Of a DNA stretch of 64,000 nt, positions 1 through 9,956 are shown in pieces. Origin of the DNA: an uncultured Chloroflexia bacterium. Lineage in GTDB: Bacteria > Chloroflexota > Limnocylindria > Limnocylindrales > CSP1-4. The stretch is taken from assembly GCA_963748625.1 (NCBI GenBank), contig CAVVJT010000004.1, positions 384,001 to 448,000 on the forward strand, written 5' to 3'. Position numbers and translations under genes: made by a program. Position 1 is the first letter of the stretch. Each line of letters starts with the position of its first letter. The notes below the pieces were generated by a model. It was not told where the DNA came from, made no database searches, and saw only the letters and a list, made by a program, of their open reading frames with translations.

Positions 1-957
1 CCGGGTCACGAGGCCGAACCGGCCATCGCCGCCACGCAGCTCGCCGGCAGCCCCGAAACGCGCCTCGAGGGCTTCAGGCGTGGCGTCGGACACCGTGAAC
101 AGCTCAGGGAGGCGGCCCAGCAGGCGGGCGGCCCCGTCCTCGCCAAGGCCGCGCACCACACGGTGGGTCGGGAGGACCGTGAGTTGGTCCGCGGCATCGA
201 GGAAGAGCATCAGCAGGAAGTCGAACGCGGGGTCCTGCTCACCGGTGTGGTTGACCCTGCGCTCGTCACGGTAGCGGACGGCCGTCTCGTAGCGATGGTG
301 GCCATCGGCGATGAACACCGGGCCGGCGCCCGCTGCGGTTAGCAGACGGCCTGCGACCGAACCCTCGCCCTCGTCCGGCACAACCCACAGGCGATGCCTC
401 ACCCCGTCGTCGTCGGTGACGTCAGCAACGGGCGCACCCTGGACCACGGCGGCAAGCGCGGCCCGCGCATCCCGCGACGGGTCCTCGTACAAGCCCACGA
501 CCGGCGAGGTGTTGAGGCCGGTGGCCCGCAGCAGGCGGTACCTGTCCTCCTTGGGACCCGACAGCGTCCGCTCATGAGGGAGCACGGAGCTGCCCGGTCC
601 GAACGGCTCGATGCGCAACCGGGCGAAGAACCCGCGCTGGATTCGCTCAAGGCTGGTCCCGGGAACCCGGTACGTCTGCTCGTAGACATAGACCGACGGC
701 TTGGGATCCTTGCGCAGGGTCCCGTCGGAACGCCACGCCGTCAGGGTCCTGGCTACCCGCCGGTAGCGCTCATCGGGATCCTCGCCCGACGTCGCCTCGG
801 GCAGGTCCAGCCGCACCGAGTTCTTCGGGTGGCGCGCCAGCAGCTCGCGGTGCAGGTCCGGCCCGATCACGTCATACGGTGGGGCGACGATCGCGCCCTG
901 GTCGCCGACGACGTCGGGGTCGTAGCGGAGGGCACGGAAGGGGCGGATCTCGGGCAC
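1..957 (-). CDS. DUF1015 family protein (3'-truncated by window edge)
   Basis: Manual translation from GTG at 957 (RBS GAGGA): MPEIRPFRALRYD...IVAPPYDVI...FIADGHHRYETA, typical DUF1015 motifs. Absent from the ORF track because the stop lies outside the window. Confidence 0.9.
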   Translation of the reverse strand, partial: MPEIRPFRALRYDPDVVGDQGAIVAPPYDVIGPDLHRELLARHPKNSVRLDLPEATSGEDPDERYRRVARTLTAWRSDGTLRKDPKPSVYVYEQTYRVPGTSLERIQRGFFARLRIEPFGPGSSVLPHERTLSGPKEDRYRLLRATGLNTSPVVGLYEDPSRDARAALAAVVQGAPVADVTDDDGVRHRLWVVPDEGEGSVAGRLLTAAGAGPVFIADGHHRYETAVRYRDERRVNHTGEQDPAFDFLLMLFLDAADQLTVLPTHRVVRGLGEDGAARLLGRLPELFTVSDATPEALEARFGAAGELRGGDGRFGLVTR

Positions 958-1137
958 GGGTTCCTCTGGGCGCGGGCGAGATGGCAGGTCCGGGGCGGGG
1001 CGGGCCAAGGCGGCGGGCAGGCCGCGCGGGACGCGAACCGGTGGGACGGGACCGGGGTCACTGCATCGTACGATAGGCCGGGTCGAACGGCCACCATCCG
1101 GGCCCGTCGTCCGTTTGACCGAGGGGGCTGCCGCTGG

Positions 1138-1164
1138 TGCAACTTTTCCACCATCACGCGCGTC
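1138..1164 (+). promoter_or_regulatory. Putative ECF sigma factor promoter (TGCAAC-N17-CGTC) of the ABC/MoxR/VWA operon
   Basis: TGCAAC at 1138-1143 and CGTC at 1161-1164 with a 17-nt spacer, about 40 nt upstream of RBS GAGGA and GTG at 1206. Matches the general ECF AAC/CGT promoter pattern. Confidence 0.6.
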
Positions 1165-1205
1165 ATGGCTTGGATCACCGTCCTGTCCATGCTCGAGGAC
1201 CCCGC

Positions 1206-3653
1206 GTGCCCCTGTCGGCCATCGCACGATCCTTCCGGCCCGCCGTCGCCCTCGGTGCCGCCCTCGTGGTCCTGTCCGCAGTCCTCGCACCGGCATCGGT
1301 CGCTGCGGCGGACGGCCCGTCGATGACCGCGCGCGCCATGCTCCAGGGCCACGTGCGCCAGGGAGGCTGGTTCGCGGTCGCGGTGGACGTCGAGAACGCC
1401 GGACCCACGGTCAACGGTGAGGTCCGGATCACCGGTGGGGTGGACTCTCGCACGCGGTTCTCGGTGCCCGTCGAGCTCGCCACCGGCTCGCGCAAGCAGA
1501 TCCTCCTGTACGCCCAGCCGCCAACCTTCGGCGGGAACATGAAGGTCCAGCTGCTCGAGGGCGACAAGGTCCTCTCCGAATCGAAGGTCGCCATCGCCCT
1601 CCACGACCCCAGCCAGCTGGTGGTCGGCGTGGTGGCCGAGAACCCGGCCAAGGTCGTCGGCGAGATCAAGCTGCTCCCGAGCACCACCGGCAGGCCCACG
1701 ACGATCGTGCCGCTGTCTCCAGCCGATCTGCCCGAGCGCGTGCAGGCTTGGTCCGGCATCGACCGTCTCGTGTGGCAGGACACGGATGCGGCAAGCCTCA
1801 CGCCCGGGCAGCTGTCCGCCCTGCAGGGCTGGGTCGCGGGCGGCGGCAGGCTCGTGATCATCGGCGGCACGGCCGGTGCCGACTCGCTCAACGCCTTCCC
1901 GGACAGCCTGCTTCCCTACCGGCCCACCAGCACCCTCGACATCGATCCGTCCGCGACGACGGGCGTCCTGGGCGGCACGCCGGCGGGCGCGACGACCCTC
2001 ACCGCACTTGCGGGAGACGCGGGCGCCGGACGACCGCTCGCACAGTCAGGTGACCGCGTCATCGCCGCGGAGCGCACGGTCGGCAACGGCAGCGTGACCC
2101 TCATCGGGTTCGACCCGACCACGAGCTGGATCGCGCAGGGCGAGCAGTGGGACACCCCGCTCTGGCGCCGGCTGCTGCCCGTACGAGCGGCGGGTGCCGT
2201 CACCATGACCGACGACTCGCAGATCGTGTCGGCCGTGACCAACCTGCCGAGCCTCGCCCTGCCGCCGGTCGGCGGCCTTCTCGTGCTCCTGTTCGGCTAC
2301 ATCGTGCTGGTTGGTCCCGTGAACTACCTGGTCCTGCGGCGCCTCGACCGGCGGGAGTGGGCATGGATCACGGTGCCAGCCTTGATCGTCGTGTTCACGG
2401 TCGGCTCGTTCGGGATCGGGAGCCTGATGCGCGGCAACGAGGTTATCGTCCACGAGGTGGCGATCGTGCGCGGCGCGCCCGGCATCGAGACCGCTTCCGC
2501 CCAGTCCTACCTGGGCATCTTCAGCCCCTCGCGTTCCACCTTCCAGCTGCGCGTCGCGGGCGATGCCCTGCTGGCGGCACCGATGAACGGCGACATCTTC
2601 GGGTCCGGCCAGGTGAACACGCTCGACATCCTCCAGGGCGACCCATCCCGCGTCCGTGACCTCGCGGTGGGCGTGGGCTCGTTGCGCACCATCCGGGCCG
2701 ATGCCAGCGCGACTGGCCCCAAGGTCACCGCCGACCTCCACGTCCAGGACGGCCGCCTGCAGGGCACGATCACCAACGACTCCGCACAGCCCCTCGTGAA
2801 GGCAGCGATCGTCGTGGGCAGCAGCGCCAAGTCGCTCGGTGACATCGCACCGGGCGCGAAGGTCGACATCTCGATGGCGGTGGGGTCGAACCAGTTCAAC
2901 CAGATGGGGCTATCAGACCGGATCCTCGACCCGATGAACTGGGACGGCATGAGCATGACCGAGGACCAGCAGCGCAACCTCGTGCGCCGTTCGGTGGTGG
3001 ACCAGCTCTCCGTGGACCCGATGACCGGGTTCACGACCGGCTTCGGCGCCGAGAACGCGACCCTGATCTCGTGGGGCACAAGCGGCGTGGTCCCGCTCGA
3101 GGTGGAGGGCCAGAAGGTCCGCCACATGGCCAACGTGATGTACCAGGTCCCGCTCGCCTACGAGGTCCTCGGGAGCACCACCTTCCGCAACGATCTCATC
3201 AGCAGCAGCGTGCTCGACGTGGCCGCCAACTTCTTCTCGAAGGATCCGTGGGCGCTCAACATGGGGCCGGGCATGGCCACGGTCTCGTACCGGCCCATCG
3301 GCATGACGGGCACGCTCCAGCCATCGGCGGTCAAGGTCGCGATGACGTTCGGGGGGGACTTCTCGATGCCGGCGGGCAAGTCGACCATGCTCGAGGAGGC
3401 CATCCGCTGCGAGGCGGGCACCGAGGGCTGCAACGTGCCGATGGACGGCCTGCCCGACCTCGAGATCCTCGATCGGCGGAGCGGCACGTGGGTGCAGTTT
3501 GCGCACATGTCCCAGGGCAAGGCCTACGAGCTCGAGGATGCCGCGCGCTGGGTGGAGCCTGCGACTGGCGAGGTGCAGGTCCGCTTCGTCAACCAGCGCA
3601 CCGACCAGGTGAGCTTCCAGTTCCCGATCGAGATCACAGGGACCGTCCGATGA
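1206..3653 (+). CDS. Large exported/membrane protein of unknown function (signal peptide, GATase1-like middle domain, two TM helices)
   Basis: 838-aa ORF with the start reassigned to GTG 1206 (RBS GAGGAC; an earlier start would overlap the promoter). Signal peptide ...ASVAAADG, motif LQGWVAGGGRLVIIGG, TM pair around GPVNYLVLRRLDRREWAW. Stop overlaps the ABC ATPase start (ATGA). Confidence 0.8.
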   Translation: MPLSAIARSFRPAVALGAALVVLSAVLAPASVAAADGPSMTARAMLQGHVRQGGWFAVAVDVENAGPTVNGEVRITGGVDSRTRFSVPVELATGSRKQILLYAQPPTFGGNMKVQLLEGDKVLSESKVAIALHDPSQLVVGVVAENPAKVVGEIKLLPSTTGRPTTIVPLSPADLPERVQAWSGIDRLVWQDTDAASLTPGQLSALQGWVAGGGRLVIIGGTAGADSLNAFPDSLLPYRPTSTLDIDPSATTGVLGGTPAGATTLTALAGDAGAGRPLAQSGDRVIAAERTVGNGSVTLIGFDPTTSWIAQGEQWDTPLWRRLLPVRAAGAVTMTDDSQIVSAVTNLPSLALPPVGGLLVLLFGYIVLVGPVNYLVLRRLDRREWAWITVPALIVVFTVGSFGIGSLMRGNEVIVHEVAIVRGAPGIETASAQSYLGIFSPSRSTFQLRVAGDALLAAPMNGDIFGSGQVNTLDILQGDPSRVRDLAVGVGSLRTIRADASATGPKVTADLHVQDGRLQGTITNDSAQPLVKAAIVVGSSAKSLGDIAPGAKVDISMAVGSNQFNQMGLSDRILDPMNWDGMSMTEDQQRNLVRRSVVDQLSVDPMTGFTTGFGAENATLISWGTSGVVPLEVEGQKVRHMANVMYQVPLAYEVLGSTTFRNDLISSSVLDVAANFFSKDPWALNMGPGMATVSYRPIGMTGTLQPSAVKVAMTFGGDFSMPAGKSTMLEEAIRCEAGTEGCNVPMDGLPDLEILDRRSGTWVQFAHMSQGKAYELEDAARWVEPATGEVQVRFVNQRTDQVSFQFPIEITGTVR

Positions 3654-4606
3654 CCAGCATCGTCAAGGCCACCGGGCTCGTGAAACGCTACGACCGCACG
3701 CTCGCGGTGGCGGGCCTCGACCTCGACGTGGGCGCGGGCGAGATCTTCGGGCTGGTCGGGCCCAACGGCGCGGGCAAGACGACCACCCTGCGGATCCTCG
3801 CGACGCTGCTGGTCCCGGACCAGGGTGATGCCGAGATCGCCGGAGCGTCCGTGCGCCGGAACCCGGACGATGTGCGGCGCGTCCTCGGCTGGATGCCTGA
3901 CTCCTTCGGGGTGTACGACGACATGAAGGTCTGGGAGTACCTGGACTTCTTCGCGCGCTGCTACGGGATCCCTGCCGACCGACGCCGGCGCATCATCGGC
4001 GACCTGCTCGAGCTGGTGGACCTCGCCGACAAGCGCGAGACCTACGTCCAGGGCCTCTCGCGCGGCATGCAGCAGCGCCTGTGCCTCGCCCACACCCTGG
4101 TCCACGACCCCCAGGTCCTCCTGCTCGACGAGCCGGCCTCCGGCCTTGACCCCCGGGCGCGCGTCGAGCTTCGCGAGCTCCTTCGGGAGCTGCGCTCGAT
4201 GGGCAAGACGATCCTCGTCTCCTCGCACATCCTCCCCGAGCTCGAGGAGCTCTGCACCTCGGTGGCGATCATCGACCGAGGGCAGGTGCTGGCCCACGGC
4301 CGGGTCGCCGAGATCGAGAAGCGGCTTCGCGTGGGCGCCGTGCTGCGAGCGCGGATCCTGGGCGAGCACGACGCCATCGAGGCCGCACGGACCTGGTTCA
4401 GCGGCCAGCCCGACGTGGTCACGGCCGAGGTGCTCGACGATGGAACGGTGGAGATCGGCTTCCACGGCGATGACGACGGGACGGCCCGGCTCCTGGCCCA
4501 CGCGGTGGGCTCCGGCATGCGGGTGATGTCGTTCTCCCGCGCGGCCAGCGACCTCGAGGAGCTCTTCCTCCAGGTCACCGCGCCAGACGAGGCGGTGCCG
4601 GCATGA
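3650..4606 (+). CDS. ABC transporter ATP-binding protein (ABC-2/drug-exporter type)
   Basis: Walker A GPNGAGKTT, signature LSRGMQQR, Walker B LLLDEP, H-loop SSHIL. ATG at 3650. Confidence 0.95.
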   Translation: MTSIVKATGLVKRYDRTLAVAGLDLDVGAGEIFGLVGPNGAGKTTTLRILATLLVPDQGDAEIAGASVRRNPDDVRRVLGWMPDSFGVYDDMKVWEYLDFFARCYGIPADRRRRIIGDLLELVDLADKRETYVQGLSRGMQQRLCLAHTLVHDPQVLLLDEPASGLDPRARVELRELLRELRSMGKTILVSSHILPELEELCTSVAIIDRGQVLAHGRVAEIEKRLRVGAVLRARILGEHDAIEAARTWFSGQPDVVTAEVLDDGTVEIGFHGDDDGTARLLAHAVGSGMRVMSFSRAASDLEELFLQVTAPDEAVPA

Positions 4607-5832
4607 CCGACCAGCAGCAGCCGCCCGCGACCGGCGATCTCCTGCCTCCTCCGCCGCCGCCCGGTCCGGTGCCGGAGTCGGTCCCCGCGGCCGTGCGGGC
4701 GGAGTCCGTCCCCTCGGCCGTCCCGGCCGATGCCGCAGCGGCGTCGCCGATTGACGCAGACCTGGCCGCGCTGCGCGCCGACCAGGCGACCCCTGTCCGC
4801 CGCACGCGCTTCAGGGCGATCCGGGCGGTTGGCACCGGGATCGCCGCCGTCGGCGTGAAGGAGCTGCGGGGCCGCATGCGCGGCAAGCGCGCTTTCGTGA
4901 TCATGACCGCCTACCTGCTGCTCATCGCCGGCTTCGCCTGGATGATCGAGTCGCTCACCGAGCGCACGTACACCAGCGGCTTCGGTGGGAGCTTCTCCGC
5001 CTCGGCCGAGATCGGGCGGGGCATGTTCCTCGCGATCATCGTCCTGCTCACGATCGTCACGCTCATCCTGGCGCCAGCCTCCACGGCCGGGGCGATCAGC
5101 CTCGAGCGCGAGAAGCAGACGCTGGACCTGCTCGTCACCACGCCGATCTCGTCGCTGGCGATCGTGCTGGGCAAGCTCCTCTCCGCCCTGACGTGGATCT
5201 TCCTGCTGCTGCTGGCGTCCATCCCGATCGTGTCGCTCGTGTTCACGTTCGGCGGCGTTGCGCCGGAGGATGTGGTCAGGGCGTACCTGGTCCTCTTCGT
5301 GACCGCGATCTGCTTCGGGTCGATGGGCCTGTTCATCTCTGCGCTGGTCAAGCGCACCCAGGCCGCGACGATCATCAACCTGGTCCTCGTGATCGCACTG
5401 ACGGCCGGCACGACGTTCATCTTCGTCTTCTGGGTGATCATGACCGGCAGCAGCGGGGTCTTCCCCGACCAGGCGCGGCGGGATGAGAGCTTCTTCGAGT
5501 CGCTGACGAAGCGGCCGCCCGAGGCGCTCGAATGGTGGAACCCGTTCGTGGCCCAGGTGGACGTCATGTGCGGCACCGAGACCGGCTTCGGCGGGTCGTG
5601 CCAGATCGTCGCGGGCGTGACAGGCAACGGTGAGGAGTTCGTCAACGACGCCAACGGGGACGGCAACTTCGGCCCTGCACGTGACTCCTACTGGCCACGC
5701 AGCCTGGCCGCGATGACCGTGACCGCGCTCCTCCTGATCATTGCCTCGGTGCAGCTCGTCTCGCCGACGCGTCGCTGGCGCATCCGCCGGGGCCGGCGAC
5801 GGCAGGCTCCTGCGCAAGGAGCTGCCGCATGA
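4603..5832 (+). CDS. ABC-2 family transporter permease
   Basis: Multiple TM helices, motifs KELRGRMR and AISLEREKQTLDLLVTTP. Coupled to the ATPase. Confidence 0.9.
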   Translation: MTDQQQPPATGDLLPPPPPPGPVPESVPAAVRAESVPSAVPADAAAASPIDADLAALRADQATPVRRTRFRAIRAVGTGIAAVGVKELRGRMRGKRAFVIMTAYLLLIAGFAWMIESLTERTYTSGFGGSFSASAEIGRGMFLAIIVLLTIVTLILAPASTAGAISLEREKQTLDLLVTTPISSLAIVLGKLLSALTWIFLLLLASIPIVSLVFTFGGVAPEDVVRAYLVLFVTAICFGSMGLFISALVKRTQAATIINLVLVIALTAGTTFIFVFWVIMTGSSGVFPDQARRDESFFESLTKRPPEALEWWNPFVAQVDVMCGTETGFGGSCQIVAGVTGNGEEFVNDANGDGNFGPARDSYWPRSLAAMTVTALLLIIASVQLVSPTRRWRIRRGRRRQAPAQGAAA

Positions 5833-7843
5833 GCAACCTGCGCCTGCACCGCGGACGTGCGGCCCGGCGGCCCGATGGCACCCCGTTCATTCCGGCCGAT
5901 CCGGCCACCCTCGGCTTCCCGCTCGATCCCGCGCTGGCCGAGCTGCGGGCCGGCCTGACCGTCCACCGGCGCAGGCTGTGGCTGAGGCGAGCCGTGCGTC
6001 GCGCGTGGTACGTGCTGGCGGTGGTCGTGGTGGCCGAGCTCGTCCTGGCGATCGCCCAGCGGCTGCTGCCGCTCGAGGCCGCCCCGCTGGTGGCGCTCGC
6101 GATTCCAGTCATCGGCCTGCTCGCGCTGCTGGTGCTCGTGGTCAGGTCCCGGCCGTCCCTGGGTGAGACCGCGCTAGCGGTGGATGCCGAAGGTGGCTCG
6201 GGCGACGCCGTCGCGTCAGCCCTTGCCTTCGCTGCCCAGATGCCGGGAGCCGCAGGGCCCGTGACGGACCCCGATGACGAGACGATCGCCGTGGATGGCG
6301 CCTTCGATGTGGCCGAGGCCGAGGCACGCTTCGTCAGGCGCCAGCGGCGCGACGCCGTGGGCCGCCTGCGGGTGATGGACAGTCGCCTCTTCCGGCCCAG
6401 GCTCGCCCGACGGCCCGCCATCGTCGCCCTCCTCGCTGGGCTGCTCGTGGCCCCAGCGCTCCTCATGCCCAACCCGATGGACCTCGTCATCCAGCGCAAC
6501 CAGCAGGTACGCGAGGAGGCCGCACGCCAGGCCGACCGCATCAACGAGATCGCCAAGAGCCTGGAGGGCAAGGGCGCGGACGTCACCGATCCACGCAACC
6601 AGCTCGCCGAGGAGCTCCGCCAGCTTGCCGAGCGCCTGCGCACGAACCCGGGCGATCTCGAGCAGAACCTCGCCCAGCTGGGCGCCGTCGAGGACGACGT
6701 GCGCTCGCGGCTGGACCCCGCCAACGAGCAGAAGGCGGCCTCGATCGCTGCGCTGTCGCGAGCCCTCTCGCGGACCGCGACCGGCGATCCCAAGGCGAAC
6801 GCCGGCGGGGATCCGAAGGAGACCAAGGAGGACCTGGCCGGCCTGGGCGACAAGGTCGAGGAGATGACGCAGGCGGAGCGCGACAAGCTCGCCAGGGAGC
6901 TGGCGGAGCTCCAGGGCCAGGCAAGCCAGGCCGATGGCGCCGCGGGCCAGGCCTTGCGGGACGCGGTCGCGAGCCTGTCGCAGGGCGACAGCGCCGGTGC
7001 CAAGGAGGCGCTCGACCGGCTCGGTGAGGCGCTGGCGGGCGCGAACGACCGGGTGCAGGTGAACCGCGACCTGGCGACGGCGGCCTCGGGCCTGCAGGAT
7101 GCCCGCCGCGAGCTTGCGAACGCCGGCCAGGCGGGCCAGCCCGGGCAGGCCGGGCCAGCAGGGCCGGCCAGCAGGGCAACGGCCAGCAGGGCAACGGCCA
7201 GCAGGCGTCGCCCAACCCGAGCGCATCGGCCGGCAGTGGTCAGGGGCAGGGCGGGAGCCCGAACCCGAGCGCTTCAGCCGGCAGCGGTCAGGGGCAGGGG
7301 CAGGGGCAGGGGCAGGGCCAGGGGCAGGGGCAGGGCCAGGGGCAGGGGCAGGGCCAGGGGCAGGGCCAGGGGCAGGGGCAGGGGCAGGGCCAGGGCCAGG
7401 GGCAGGGCCAGGGCCAGGGGCAGGGCCAGGGCCAGGGGCAGGGCCAGGGCCAGGGGCAGGGGCAGGGCAGCGGCTCGCTGGGCGGGGGCGGCTCGAATGC
7501 CTCCCATCTCGGGACCGGCATGTCCAACGGCATGCCCGGGGGACCGGTCAACCCGAACCGCCCGAGCGTCCTCGGCGAGGACCTCGGCTCCGTCTTCGCG
7601 CCATTCGACCGCATCGGCAGGCCGGGCGACCCCTCGTACATCGCGGGCACCGGCGGCGACGGCCAGACCCAGCAGGGCAACCAGCCGGGCCAGGGGAGCA
7701 ACAACGGCTCCTACGTCCCGTACCAGTCCGTCTACTCGGACTTCTACCAGTACGCGCTCACGACCCTCGACCGGGCCTACGTTCCGATCTCCGTCAAGGA
7801 CTACGTGCGCGACTACTTCAGCTCGCTCAATCCCAGCAACTAG
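5829..7843 (+). CDS. Membrane-anchored coiled-coil protein with long Gly-Gln repeat (apparent frameshift near 7150-7170)
   Basis: N-terminal TM helices and an acidic coiled coil lie in the frame of ORF 5829. After about 7165 the sensible frame reads GQQGNGQQ...(GQ)n...MSNGMPG...VPISVKDYVRDYFSSLNPSN* (ORF 7520..7843), a C-terminus typical of genes preceding MoxR. Confidence 0.75.
7289..7467 (+). repeat. Tandem hexamer repeat CAGGG(G/C), about 30 copies, encoding (GQ)n
   Basis: Directly visible caggggcagggccagggg... tract. Confidence 0.95.
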
Positions 7844-7884
7844 ACGTGCCGCCGGCCGCGGCCGGACCGCTACCCGGAGGACCC

Positions 7885-8916
7885 ATGGACGCACCCGTCA
7901 CCGCGCCGTCGGGCGCCGCCCCCGCCGAGGGTCACCGCCTGGCGCCCGAGGCCTTCGCGCAGCGCGCCCAGGCCATCGAGGCCGAGATCGGCAAGGTCAT
8001 CGTCGGCCAGCGCGAGCTCGTCCGCCACACCCTCGTGGGCCTGCTGGCCAACAGCCACGTGCTCCTCGAGGGCGTGCCGGGCCTGGGCAAGACGATGCTC
8101 GTGCGCACGATCGCGGACGTCATCGACTGCACGTTCAACCGCGTCCAGTTCACGCCGGACCTGATGCCGGCCGACATCACCGGCACCAACATCCTCGTCG
8201 AGGAGGGCGGCACGCGCGTCTTCCGCTTCCAGCCTGGCCCGATCTTCGCGAACCTGGTCCTGGCCGACGAGATCAACCGCGCCACGCCGAAGACCCAGTC
8301 GTCCCTGCTCGAGGCGATGCAGGAGCACCAGGTCACCGTCGCGCGCAACCGCTACCCGCTCGCTCCCCCGTTCTTCGTCCTGGCGACCCAGAACCCGCTC
8401 GAGATGGAGGGAACCTACCCGCTCCCCGAGGCCCAGCTGGACCGGTTCCTGCTCAAGGCCATGGTCCCCTTCCCGTCCGAGCAGGACCTGATCGGCATCA
8501 TCGAGCGCACGACGGGCGCCGATGCCCCCCAGGCACAATCGGTCACGACCGCCGCCGAGATCGTCGAGATGCAGCGCCTTGCGCGCGCCGTGCCGATCGC
8601 CCCGCACATCACGGCCTACGCGGTCGCCGTGCTGGCAGCCACCCATCCCGACTCCGGCCGCGCCACCTCGCTCGTCCGCCAGTACGTCCGCTACGGCGGC
8701 TCGCCGCGCGGCGCGCAGGCCCTGGTCACCGCGGGCAAGATCCTGGCGCTGATGGATGGGCGCTTCAACGTCTCCGTTGACGACATCCGTGCCATCGCCC
8801 TGCCCGCCCTGCGCCACCGCGTGATCCTCAACTTCGAGGGCGAGGCCGAAGGCATCAGCTCCGAGGCGGTCGTGCGCAGCATCCTCGACGAGGTGTCGCC
8901 GCCCTCCGTGGAGTAG
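7885..8916 (+). CDS. moxR: MoxR family AAA+ ATPase
   Basis: ATG 7885 after GGAGG. Motifs HVLLEGVPGLGKT, RVQFTPDLMPADITG, LADEINRA, ATQNPLEMEGTYPLPEAQLDRF, SPRG. Confidence 0.95.
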   Translation: MDAPVTAPSGAAPAEGHRLAPEAFAQRAQAIEAEIGKVIVGQRELVRHTLVGLLANSHVLLEGVPGLGKTMLVRTIADVIDCTFNRVQFTPDLMPADITGTNILVEEGGTRVFRFQPGPIFANLVLADEINRATPKTQSSLLEAMQEHQVTVARNRYPLAPPFFVLATQNPLEMEGTYPLPEAQLDRFLLKAMVPFPSEQDLIGIIERTTGADAPQAQSVTTAAEIVEMQRLARAVPIAPHITAYAVAVLAATHPDSGRATSLVRQYVRYGGSPRGAQALVTAGKILALMDGRFNVSVDDIRAIALPALRHRVILNFEGEAEGISSEAVVRSILDEVSPPSVE

Positions 8917-8931
8917 GCGGCGCTCGCGACC

Positions 8932-9954
8932 ATGGCCCTCTCCCCCACCCCGCCCCAGGATCCCGGGTCCGGCCCGGCGACGGAGCGCGCACCGGCTCCG
9001 GAGCGCGCCGCTGAGCACGCCCCCGACGCTTCGCCGAAGCCCGCCGGCGTCAAGGCGTTCCTGCCGAGCGATCTTGACCCCACCGTGTTCGACGAGGGGT
9101 TCCTGCGGCAGCTGGAGCGGCTCAGCGTGCTCATGAAGCAGCCGGTCCGCGGCGGCCTCAAGGGCGGCCGGCGGTCGGTGAAGCGCGGCCAGTCCGTGGA
9201 GTTCGCGGACTTCCGTGACTACACCCTGGGTGACGACCTGCGCCAGCTTGACTGGAACGTGCTCGCCCGCCTCGAGAAGCTGTTCGTCAAGCTCTACGTC
9301 GAGGAGGAGGACGTCACGATCACGTTCCTCATCGACGCGAGTCCATCCATGGCGTTCGGGCGGCCCGAGAAGCTCCTGTTCGCGAAACGGGCGGCGGCGG
9401 CGCTCGGCTACATCGCCTTGTCGGGTGAGGACCGGGTCGTGACGGCGGCCCTCACCGGGCGGCAGGCACGCCGGCACTCGGGCCTGCGCGGCTCCGGCCG
9501 CGTGTTCCGGCTTCTGGGCAACCTGTCGGGGATCGCTCCGTCAGAGGGGCCCACGGACCTCGTGCTCGCCGCCCGCCATGCCGCGGCCATGCTCTCCGGG
9601 CGTGGCGTGATCGTCCTGATCTCCGACCTCCTGGACCCGGGAGCCGACCGCGTGATCCGCGAGCTCGCCGCCCAGGGCTCCGACCTCATCGTGCTGCACG
9701 TCCTGTCTCCCGACGAGTTGGACCCGCAGCTCGAGGGCGACCTGCGCCTGGTCGACGCCGAGTCCGGCGAGGGCATCGACGTCACCGTGGACCTGGCCGC
9801 GCTCGACGCCTACAAGGCACGCCTGACCGCCTGGCAGGAGAGCCTGGCGGATCTCGCCACGAAACGCCGCGCCTCCTACGTGGCCCTGTCCTCCGCGACC
9901 CCGCTGGCCGACCTGGTGTTCGCCGAGCTGCGCCGCCGCCAGGTGGTGGGCTAG
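8932..9954 (+). CDS. DUF58 domain protein
   Basis: GQSVEFADFRDYTLGDDLRQLDWNV, DASPSM and ISDL motifs. Follows moxR. Confidence 0.93.
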   Translation: MALSPTPPQDPGSGPATERAPAPERAAEHAPDASPKPAGVKAFLPSDLDPTVFDEGFLRQLERLSVLMKQPVRGGLKGGRRSVKRGQSVEFADFRDYTLGDDLRQLDWNVLARLEKLFVKLYVEEEDVTITFLIDASPSMAFGRPEKLLFAKRAAAALGYIALSGEDRVVTAALTGRQARRHSGLRGSGRVFRLLGNLSGIAPSEGPTDLVLAARHAAAMLSGRGVIVLISDLLDPGADRVIRELAAQGSDLIVLHVLSPDELDPQLEGDLRLVDAESGEGIDVTVDLAALDAYKARLTAWQESLADLATKRRASYVALSSATPLADLVFAELRRRQVVG

Positions 9955-9956
9955 TC

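Noticed and set aside
5829-8780. 983-aa ORF with an RGRGRA repeat, and the alternative GAGPG, CPWP and LPLA repeat ORFs
   Set aside because: These are alternative frames of the CAGGG(G/C) tract. The GQ frame joins a sensible C-terminus ending before the moxR RBS.
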